DNA of 64,000 nt from Phallusia mammillata (Eukaryota), in contig OZ281496.1 in the NCBI GenBank assembly GCA_965637545.1, forward strand, positions 21,576,001 to 21,640,000, read 5' to 3'. Below, piece after piece: positions 50,715-62,039 of this stretch. How positions within the stretch are numbered: the first letter of the stretch is position 1; the number at the start of each line of letters is the position of its first letter. The position numbers and the translations under genes are program-made. Below the pieces are notes generated by a model. The model was not told the DNA's origin. It made no database searches and saw only the letters and a list, made by a program, of their open reading frames with translations.

Positions 50715-52241
50715 TCTTCTATTTTTAATATATCTTAAGTGAAAATATTATCAAAATAGAATTACTGTTTGCAACCTAACTTCTTTAAACGTTTTTTGTC
50801 AAATATGTGTTTGTTTTTCATGAACAAGTTTCTCACTGACAACCGATTAACGAATAGGTGCTTTTACAAACCAATAAACTTTTATTCATACAGTATTTCT
50901 AATATATCATTAACTGTAATATATCATATTCCATTACATAAATAGGGTGCTGCTAGTAAAAACAGGTTAGAAAACCACTAATTTAACCCTTGCGCCATTT
51001 AAGCGAATTTATAATTCTGAAATTGGTATATCAATCAGTGTGCAACACATTACGATGGTGGTACATGAACTTCCATTTTGGACACTTGGGGAAGGGAAAG
51101 AATTTGTATAACCACTGTCGTATGAGGCAAACAAGACAGCTAATAAGCGTCGTGACCAGGATTCGAACACAACTAACAAACGCTGTGCGTCAGACGAAAC
51201 ATAAAAATAGCCTTCATTGCAGCTGATGAAGTTTAATTATGTTTTCTTTTGGTGTAAAAAAAGTAAAACAAAGCAACATCTGAAATCAATCTTTCCATTG
51301 AAAGTTAAATTGATGAAGGTTTAATCCACCAAAGAGCACATATTAACAATTCTCAGACCTAAATATAAATTTGTTCACTCAAACAACCTCATTTCGTTTT
51401 TTTATCGTAACGGGACTTTGCCTTACGCCACTAAATCTAGTGTCGTATTCCAGAAGTTCGCTACAATTTGTGTGCAACTTTTATTGGTTCGCAAAATCGA
51501 ATCTCGTATGGCTTGGGTTCACGCAAGTGGCGTTGAACCGTTGGTACCCGATGCGTCGCTATAATACGCACATCCAAGGCATGGAAAGGTGCCGGGCGTT
51601 TTCAATAGGCCACGAAATTGGTTATCTATACTTAGTGTAAAAAGGCTAATGGGAAGTAGCAAAGCATAAGCTAATTTCCTGTTTCCTTTTACGGTCGTAC
51701 AGCCTATCATGCGGGCACTGTGCACGCAGCTACTCGCAATTAGCTTGAATTCAAACTGTTTGGCTATTAACTAAACTTCTGATAATGAAATACACAATAG
51801 TTACCATCAAAACTACGCCAAACAAAAACATTTTACCACAAACATACCTTTTGGAAACACATGTTTTTAAACGGAAAGCAACCTTTTTAAATCTCATTGT
51901 TTACAGATGAAACTTAAAACGTTTTAGTAGGTAAACGACATTTACCTACACCTTTTTGTGTCCGATGATATATACATACGTGACAATCATCCTCTAGTTA
52001 ACCTCTGGCGTGAGTTCCTGAACTGCAACATACGGGCAAGAAAACAGATTAATTTGCATTTGCAAGGTAACCAAAAGGACATGAGTGCAGTATAAGTTAT
52101 AGTGGATTTATCTCTTAAACCGCCAGAACATTAACCGCACAAGGAGTTGGTTAACTGATTGGCCTAAAAAAGAACAAGATTGCTGATTGTTCGGGCAAAC
52201 AATGTTGCTTAACGGATAGAAGGTGACCTGGAACATTCATC

Positions 52242-55200
52242 ATAAAGAAGAACGCATTACATTTGTTCTGCGTTGTCTTGATAACTTTTGGTAAGCGTTT
52301 TATTTAATTTGTAAACTTATTTGTGAAGTTTATGTCTGTCGCTTTATTGCACTTTTTAACAAATGTCAATCATGGAAAACGCCTTTTTTGTCATTTGTTG
52401 AACATGAATTGTCCAAGAGGAATGCATTATAAAGTGTTATTTGAGTCTATTAAAAAAGCTGTTTTTAATTGTGTATTATTGTGTGAAAAACGATTTGGAG
52501 TAAGCATTATGTGAATGATAATTAATAACATTTTTCGGTTTGGATAAAACATGATTGTTACACAGGTTGTACAAAATGTGATGCAATCCAGAAATATAAG
52601 GACATCCTAATTCGTGATACATTCCGTAGTTTCAGCGTCTACTATGAATCAACCAGCACAAGCCGTCCAATTTACGTTGAGTCGGTTTCTGGGGGTCTTG
52701 CTCCAGAACAATTGTGTAAGGTAAAAACTCGGTATTTTTATGATACAAATAGATCCTTAACCAAGTTCAAAGCTTTGATGAGTCTACAACAACAAAACAC
52801 GTTTATTTTTTTCATATTTTAGTTACTTTCACATTTGCTTTCAGTTTGCAAACGGTTATTTATGCTAAGGTTTTCATTTAAATGCTTTAATCCATGCCTC
52901 CTCCGAAAAATATAATTTATGTGATATTCAGATTGTAGATGCAAATGGAACGGTATTGGGCAACTACCATGGAAACGGATTAAGTACGGGTATCCTAAAA
53001 ACAGAAAGTGTATCTATCAAGATCGATTGTCAGTTGTCCGGCAATGGAAGTCGTGAGAGCTATCGTGAGAGCTTTCTCCTGAGAGGTACAGAATGTGAGC
53101 CAATATATTTGTATTTGATAATAAAACTACTGCAAAAAACTAGCTGGACAAAAACTACAGAAACGAATTTAAGTCGAAAGTGTTTTTTGTTATTGTGCAG
53201 ATGACAAGACCGTATCGTTTTTGAAGACAGTTCCATTAAGAAAAAAAGACACATCAACTCTTTCCTTCAACTATTCAGTATCAAGTAATTATGCAATCCA
53301 GGAATGGAAATTTAAAAGCGTAACCTGTTGCCAATTCGAGTTGAGACTCAGTGACGTGGATTTGCCTGGGAAAAACTCCGTGCTTGTAAGTATTTTTAAA
53401 CGTGTTTGTATTAGTATGAGAAAGTGTTAAACCTTCTCTCTGTATTTTGAAATATATTTTGCACATTTTGCTTTATAAAATTCCTGTCTTGACCAATACT
53501 ACAGTTGCTCCAGGGGTAAAGAATTGTTTTTAAACATCTCAACATAATTTAGATTCATACGGACATTGACACAGCCAATGCAGGACGATGGGCCGAGCCA
53601 AATATTTCCCGAAACATGACAACCATTGGACGACATCTCTACGTGCAGCTACAAGGTCTATATGACATCTCAGGAGAATCGACTAAAGCGTTTCAACTCC
53701 AAATATCATATGGTCAGTTAGCTTTCATTTCTGACAAACATTTTTTTTTACTTAATGTTTAGATTGCATGGGAAAGATAACGGCGATCAACTGCAGTGCA
53801 CAACACGATACACCGTATGTATCTAAAATATTTATTAAAGGGTGAAACTGCAAATTTGTTCTTTTTCTGTAATTGAATACCTCTGCTTGCACATTACAAA
53901 ATTGTAACAAAGTTACTACTACAAAAAGACCTTCCGAAGCTTGTTGGAAAGAACATGTTCAAAACTTGGCAGTAAATTCCGGTGATTTTAGATAAGCCCG
54001 TATGCCACATGTTACGAAATGTCTTGCACATATACTATCAATGCATTTTTTTCAGGGAAGACGCTTCTCATGAAAACAAGACAGAAAAAATGTCAACAAC
54101 CTTGAAGGTGTTCAATGATTCACAGCACACTACAGAAACATCGGTCATTGGAAATGTTGTGTATGCTGAAATACGACTGAAAAATGAGAACAGCGGATCC
54201 GATGATATATTTGTCAATGTAAACATTAGCGATAATATATAGTTACATAATATAAGTTACATTAATAATAACGGCCTGAGTATTGTAATGTTAAACTTTT
54301 AGAACATATTTTTAAACATTTACGTTATTTGACACACCAAAGTTGCTTTGATAAAAAAGTAAATCATATCAAAATTAAAGTGTTTTCCTACATGATGATA
54401 TTTTGTTTGGATGTTGATGTCAATAGAAATAAGATATCAAAGGTTAGTGTATCGATAATACATGTTTTTAGATGCTCAAATGTTCCGGAAGTACCACAGC
54501 ACCAGAAAGAACGACAGAAGTTCTTTTGACCAAAAGTAAGTCATGCTTAATGATGCGAAAGCTACGGTTCAGTCATACAGAAATATCATTTACAGAAGTA
54601 ACTATACTGCAAAAGTCACAAGAAACAACCAACCTGCATTTGCAACGTTCCAGTTTAGTACTACTCGCTTCAACACGTTTGGGTGGATGGAACTTCAATA
54701 CAAAGTCTCAGTATGTGCGATTAAGGTATTGTGAGTTATGACAAGTGTCTGTTTATTAGTTTGCTGCATATTCTTAGTTGGTGTTGTTTAAACTTCATGG
54801 TGTTGAAGTTTTTATTCAAACATTAATGGCGTTTGAGGCAATCAACAAAATTAAAATATGTCAAAATATCCTTCTTGGGATAAATTAGCATTCCAAATTT
54901 TCTACCACTGCTTTCGTGCAGTTTAAAAAATCAACTTTACTCTTTTACAATGTGACTTTCAATTTGTCCCATTCTAAAACAGTTTAATATCGCAATGAAA
55001 ACTGTTTAGGCAAAAGAGTGCGGATGCGAAAGTGCAAACATACAAGTTTTGTCAACAAAACTGTGGGCCGGACCTAGACAAGGTATTTATTGTTTTGAGT
55101 GCAAGTAAAGTAATGTTGAGGGATTACAAGCGGGGTAACAAACAGTACTTGCAAAGATTAATCAACATTCAGGCCTTTGATATGTTGTATATTACTGTGC

Positions 55201-55631
55201 CAATTGTGTCAACATAATGATAGTTTCGCGTGCCAACATTTTTGTGTGCAAAAATTGTTTGAGTGAGTTGATAAAACAGTCCCCAGAAAGCGTACCTGTC
55301 GGATTATTTTATTATTACATTACAACAAACGCAAAACAAACATTGATAATTCAAATTATACCAAAAGGTGCTTGAAACTCCTGAGTTACTTGGCGTGCCA
55401 TGAATAACCACTCTGTTGCCGACCCCTGAATTCAATGCGTATGTTTTCTGTTTATATCCTATACTGCTGTTACAGAGACAGACACATCTACAAGTACGCC
55501 CGGAAAAAAAAAATCGACTGCAATGCTGTACTTCTTTGGCATCACAGTAGCTGTCATTTTTGTCATGGCACTCGCTTGCGTATTGGTAAAGGTGAAACAG
55601 TTGTGCTTTTAGAAAAATAACAACAAAGTGA
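52242..55631 (+). pseudogene. CUB-CUB-ZP-C-like copy 2, pseudogene
   Basis: Exons 52242-52290, 52566-52720, 52932-53094, 53201-53385, 53553-53712, 53763-53814, 54056-54218, 54472-54535, 54596-54725, 55010-55082, 55476-55631. ATG changed to ATA, upstream acceptor ag changed to gg, exon 8 is 64 nt instead of 65 (frameshift), conserved LQCK changed to LQYK, and there is a tail frameshift. Confidence 0.8.
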
Positions 55632-58430
55632 AGGACAACAACGTGGAAACAAAAAATGAAGAAGCAGTGTACTATAATTTGACCTGATTGCTATTTTTTC
55701 TGTGACATAACAAAAAACTTTTAGAAAAAAACTTTTACATTTTTTATATTTGTTACTGGTTTGTCGCAAACGAACTATTGAAACACAAAACATTGTTTGT
55801 TTTCCAAAAAAACAAGACAATTAGAACTTTATTTTAAAAGGAACTTGAAAGAAAAAACTTAACGCAAAGGCACCTTTATGAGGGGCCCTAATGACGGAAT
55901 TTACAAAAAAGTAAGCAGAAAAGACATGTTGAAAGTGCATTGATGGTAACCAATAAAACCGACAATTTAAAGCAGAAAACCGATACAATTATTTGTAGCA
56001 GCCATCGACAAACGTCAAATTCAAACAAGATTTTACATCAACACGTTAAGATCGGCGTGTGTCAATAGTCCCTATTATTAGAAAACCACTAAAAAAATAT
56101 GCATTGTAAGTTGGGTGCAATCTTTTCATTTATCAACTCCTCAAACGTATTCATAAAAAAATAAAAATTTTGAACAAGTCACATAAAAGTTTTCTTTCGC
56201 CTTGTGATCCTTTCTATAAAGACTAAAGGAGTGGTTTTAAACGGGGTGACAGTTGTATCTTTTAGTGGTGCCGCCGAGCACTTCTGCCATTTTTTATCAC
56301 TTTTGTAACCATCGTTAGAGATTATTACAGACATTTCACTCCAATTGTTAAAATAAACAATCTACTCTTAAGATGGCTAGTTAGTGGTGCGCATGTTTTG
56401 TGTCTTAGGGCCTAAGACTTAGACTATCTAGGGTGCCGTAAACTAAACAAAGTGAAAACAATGGATTAAAACAGTTGTTTCTAACTTTAATACAGTAACG
56501 AACCCCTTTTAGAATTTCAACAATTCCAGGGACCGCCATACTCAATTACCTATTATTTTAAAAACATGAAAATCCTTGCATTTTTTCCCGTTTGCTAACC
56601 CCATGGAACCATGTCACTTATCCCTTGGGGGTCCGACAATGCTAGGTTGAAAACCTCGTGATTAAACAAATTTTAAAACGTTTTCTTTGTCAAAATGCAT
56701 TAAAAACATTTAGGGAAAGACTGTGGCTCTTAAGGTGAATAACACAGAAAAGAAGGTCTAGCTTAAACGCAGCAGCAAAGGGGACAATCGTGTCCTTGAT
56801 TTCAAAGGATGTCAATTGAAATACAATAAAACAGAGTTAGAAGTTCATGTGCGTATGGACCCGTTGACAATATGTTAATGAAAGCGGGTGACACTACCAG
56901 TTGTTGTGAATTTATAAATGCTAACACTATTTTTGGGTATGTTTCGTTGCATTCAAAAACATCAAAAAAATATATAAGCACCTTTTATTTTGTTCAGAGC
57001 ATGATAACTTGTCGACTATATCAAACATTTGCGGGCAAATTTATTTTATGGATACTATAAGAATCTCTCTCTGTTAGCGTAAATTAGTGTCTAAATTGAA
57101 CTATTAATCTACGCTACGGCCTAGTGGTTCCCAACCAGGGCGCCGTTCGAAAAGGTCATGGTGTCGTCACAGTATATGACAATTTTCTTCCATTTTAATA
57201 TACTTTAAGTTAAAACAATATCAAAATAGAAGTGATGTTTGTAACCACACTTCTTTCAACTTATTTTGTCTAAAAATGTGTTTGAGTGTTTTTCATGAAC
57301 AAGTTTCTCACTGACATCTCATTAATGATTAATTATTTTACAAATTAACAAACTTTCAGTATTGACGCATGTTCAATCCACCAAACAGTATCATATCAAC
57401 AAATCTCATACCTAAATGGAAGTTTGTTCACTCAAACAAACTCATTTCGATTTTTATTGTCACGGGGCGTTGGCTTTGCAGCAAAATCCACGAAATTGTC
57501 TCGTTGGTTACAGTTACCCGTGCATTTTTGTTGTAGTAAAATTTGGGTTATTTATGACTGCAATGCATACACATTTATTAAGTACATTCCTGTAGATAAT
57601 TTTGCGCAACACCCGTATTCCAGAAGTTCGTTACAATTTGTGTACAAGTTTTAATCGAATGCAAAATTAAATCTGCGTGTAGCTGGGTTCACACAAGTGG
57701 TGTTGAACTGTTGTTCCCACAATGCTTTGCTAAAATACGCAAATACTCGAGGCACATAAAAGGTGCCGATCGTTTATTTCAGGGCCAGAAAAGTTCGTTA
57801 TATACTTGTTTGAGGTTAAAAAAGATCAACGGGAAGCAACAAAGCAGAAGCGAACTTCCTGTTTCCTTTTACGTTTATGCAACCTATTGAACCCATATCG
57901 TGCACGCAGCTTTTTGCGAATAGCTTAGATTCAAACTGTTTGGCTTTTAACTAAAATGTGCCAGAAAACAACATCAAAAAATACCGTACTCAATACAAAC
58001 AAAAGATAACACAACAAAACTACCAACAAAATCACGCTCACTAAAATTAGTTCAACACAAAGTTACCTTTCGAAAACACATAATGTTAAATCGAAAACAA
58101 CTTTTTAATTGACTTTGTTTACAGATTTAACTTGAATCTATTTATCTACGTCCGATGAATAATGCATATATGACAATCATCCCCTAATTAACCCCTTGCT
58201 TGTTATTCTGAACTGTAAAATATGGACAAGAAAACAGATTAATTTGCATTTGCAAGGTGACCAAAGGGACAGGAGTGCAGTATAAGACATGGTGGGTTTA
58301 TCTCTTAAACCGTCAGATCGTCAACCGCACAAGGAGTTGTCAACTAATTGGCCTAAAAAAGAACAAGATTGCTGATTGTTCGTGCAAGCAATGTTGCTTT
58401 ACAGATAGGAGGTGGTTTGGAACATTCATC

Positions 58431-61400
58431 ATGAAGAAGAGCGCAATACATTTGTTCTGCGTTGTCTTGATAACTTTTGGTACGCGTCTTTATTAATTTG
58501 TTAACTGTAAATTTGTAAACAAAGTCTGCGCTTTATAGCACACTTAAATACCTATCAGCTATGTTTGGGTTCTGAAAATTTCAGAAAAAAAATACTATTT
58601 GTAATTTCTTGTCATTTGTTAAATATTATTTGTCGAATTTGGAACGTTGTTAGCGTGTATTCAAGGCAAGTTTAAAAATTTGATGGATAGATATTCTCGT
58701 ATAAGTTTAAAGGAGTATTTTGGATGTAGCAATTGCGTTAATGAAAATTAATATTTTGGTTTCAATAAACCATGATTGTCACACAGGTTGTACAAAATGT
58801 GATGCAATCAAGAAATATGAGGACTTTGAAATTCAGGAAACACACCGTACCTGGGCCGGATACTACAATTCAACTAGTAGAAATCGTCCAATTTACATAG
58901 AGCCAGTTTCTGGAGCTCTTGCTCTCGAAGAATTTTGTTCGGTAAAAACTAATGGCATTTACAATGATACTTTTAATAGCGTTTCTCGAATTGAATTAGT
59001 TGATATTTAGATTAGAGACGGCAATGATACAATTCTGGGCAACTATGTAGGAAATGGATTGAGCACTGGAATCATAACAACAGAAAGTTTATCTATCAAG
59101 ATCAATTGTCAATTGTTCGGCAATGGGAGTCGTTTTCACCTGAGAGCTACAGAGTGTAAGCTAATATAATTGTATTTGATAATAAAACTACTGCAAAAAA
59201 CTAACTGGACAAAAAATACAGAAACGAATTTAAGTCCAAAGTGTTTTGTTAACATGCAGATGACAAGACCGTATCGTTTTCGAAGACAGTTCCATTAAGA
59301 AAAAAAGACAGATCAACTCTTTCCTTCAACTATTCAGTTTCAAATAATTATGCAATCCAGGAATGGAAATTTAAAAGCGTAACCTGTTGCCAATTTGAGT
59401 TGAGATTCAGTGACGTAAATTTGCCGGGGAAAAACTCTGTGCTAGTAAGTATTTTTAAACATATTTGTATTAGTTTGAGAAAGCCAAGTGTTGAACCTTC
59501 TCTCTGTATTTTGAAATATATGTTGCACATTTTCCTTTATAAAATTCTTGTATTGATCAATACTACAGTTGCTCCGCGGTTGAAGAATTGTTTTTAAACA
59601 CCTCAACGTTGTTTAGATTCATACGGACATTGACACAGCCAACGCAGGACGATGGGCCGAGCCAAATATTACCCGAAACTTTACAACAATTGGACGACAA
59701 CTCTATGTGCAGCTACAAGGCCGATATGACTCAGGAGAATCGACTAAAGCGTTTCAACTCCAAATATCATATGGTCAGTTAGCTTTGTTTCTGATAAACA
59801 TTTTTTATTTAATGTTTGCTGATTTAGATTGTATGGGAAAGATAACGGCGATGGACTGCAGGGCACAACACAATACACCGTAAGTATCTAAAACATTTAT
59901 TAAAGTGTGAAACTGCAATATTTTATGTAATTAAATACCTCTGTTGGAACATAACAAAATTGTAACAATGTTCCTACTCCAAAATGTACAAAAAGACCTT
60001 CCAAAGTTGGTTCGAACAAACATGTTCAAAACTTGGGTAGTAAATGCCGGTGATTTTAGATCAGTCCGTATATCACATTTTACGAAATGTCTTGCACATA
60101 TACCATCAACGCATTTTTTTCAGGGAAGACACATCCCATGCAAACAAAACAGAAAAAATTCCAACCACCTTAAAGATGTTCAATGATTCACAGCACACTA
60201 CAGAAACATCGGTGGTTGGAAATGTTGTGTATGCTGAAATACGACTGAAAAATGAAAACAGCGGATCTGATGATATATTTGTCAATGTAAATATCCCAAC
60301 TGTAATGTTAAACTTTAAGAGCATATTTTCAAACATTTTACATTATTTGACAAACCAATTCCAAAGTTACTTTAATAAAAATGTTTCCTATGATGATATT
60401 TTGTTTGGTTGTTGATGCCAAGAACAAAGATATCAAAGGTTAATGTATCAATGCATGTTTTTAAGATGCTCAAATGTTCAATAAGTACCACAGCACAAGA
60501 AATAGCGCCAGAAGTACTTTTTGACCGAAAGTAAGTCATATATAATGTCGCGAAAGCTATGATTCAGTGATACAGAAATATCATTAAGCAGGAGCAACTA
60601 TACTGCAAAAGTCACAAGAAACAACCAACCTACATTTGCAACGTTCCAGTTTAGTACTACTCGCTTCAACACGTTTGGGTGGATGGAACTTCAATGCAAA
60701 GTCTCAGTTTGCACGAATAAGGTCTTGAGAGTTTCAAAAAGTGTCTGTTTGTCTGTGTGCAGGCATATTCTTAGTATGTGTTGTTTAATGTTTTGTATAA
60801 CAACAAACGTTTACTCTAAAACGAGGCGCTTTTCATGGTGTTTATATTCTAACAACAATGGCGTTTAAGACAATCAACAAATTTAAAACAACTCATAATA
60901 TCCTTATTTGCAGACATCAGCATTCTCGATTATTGCTTTCGCGCAATCGAAACAATTTTCAACTTAAATCTTTTACAAGCTTGCTTGCATTCAATTTATA
61001 TCATTCCAAACCAGCCTCATAGTGCCACTTATTGCTATTAAAACTACTTAATTGTGTATAGGCAAATGACTGCGGACATGAAGGTGCAAACAGACAAGTT
61101 GTGTCAGAAAAGCTGTGGGCTGGACCTGTACAAGGTAATTATGATTTTTGTGTAAGGAAGAGAGTGTTACCGGTACAAGCCAAATAAAAAAATACAATTC
61201 ATTAATGTATACATTCAAATATCTTTATACATAGTTTAATACTGTTTCACTTTAATTACTGCGTTTTATTTACGCTAATACCCTATACCGCCGTTACAGA
61301 CACCGACACATCTACAAGTACGCCTAAAACTGGGGGAATTCCGCCCACAATGCTGTACTTTATTAGCATCACAGCAGGTGTCATATTTGTCATCGTACTC

Positions 61401-61538
61401 GCTTGCGTATTGGTAAAAATGAAACAAAGCGATCGTTTGTGCTTCAAGAAAAAGTACATGTTGGACATCAATGTGGAAACGCAAGAGGCAAAAAAAGTGA
61501 TCCAAAAGAACGAGGAAACAAAGAATAAAAATGCCTAG
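58431..61538 (+). CDS. CUB-CUB-ZP-C-like type I membrane glycoprotein copy 3, intact, ~470 aa
   Basis: Exons 58431-58479, 58787-58941, 59011-59155, 59260-59444, 59617-59773, 59828-59879, 60124-60286, 60466-60530, 60592-60721, 61062-61134, 61300-61538 (1413 nt, in frame). Signal peptide, many NxS/T sequons, TM MLYFISITAGVIFVIVLACVLV, basic cytoplasmic tail. Confidence 0.82.
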
Positions 61539-62039
61539 TTGTGATTTAACACAAATATGACTGTTGTTTTAATTGTTCTTTCGTTTTTCGTAGTTGCATG
61601 ACAAAACTAAAAAAAATTAGCAGCATTTTTTACTCTTTTGTATTTCTATCGGTAGCGGCATATGAAAATCAAATAAAACAGCAAATAATCTTTTTATGCA
61701 AATAAGGAGCTTAAATGAGCCATCGAAGAAAAGGTTACACCAAAGGTTTTTGCATGACTGGACTAATAAAAGAACGTATGAGTGACAGAAATAAAAAAGC
61801 ATTCAAACGATCGACTGAAGTAAAATAAGTTTACTTAAATCAGCAACAGTTTAAAGCAATTAACAATGCAACCCGTGCATAGCTTAAAGCAGCTGGTAAT
61901 AAGCATAGCAATTGAAGAACATTTATTTATGTTGCAATTTGCATGCCCGCCAAAATAATAGGCTTTGAAAGAAAGGTACCCTTTCATAAAAAGCTTTGAT
62001 TCAATGATAGTTCAGGCAAAACTTCGTCGAAGCAAAACG

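Larger units (their letters stand above)
43920..61540 (+). repeat. Three tandem copies of a 6-7.5 kb unit carrying the CUB/ZP-like gene
   Basis: Anchor cg(c/t)tacaatttgtgt recurs at ~43928, ~51459 and ~57629, with colinear exons, introns and spacers. Confidence 0.92.

Noticed and set aside
60575-60600. Apparent +1 frameshift in CUB/ZP copy 3 exon 9
   Set aside because: Disappears if the downstream AG, conserved in all three copies, is the acceptor.
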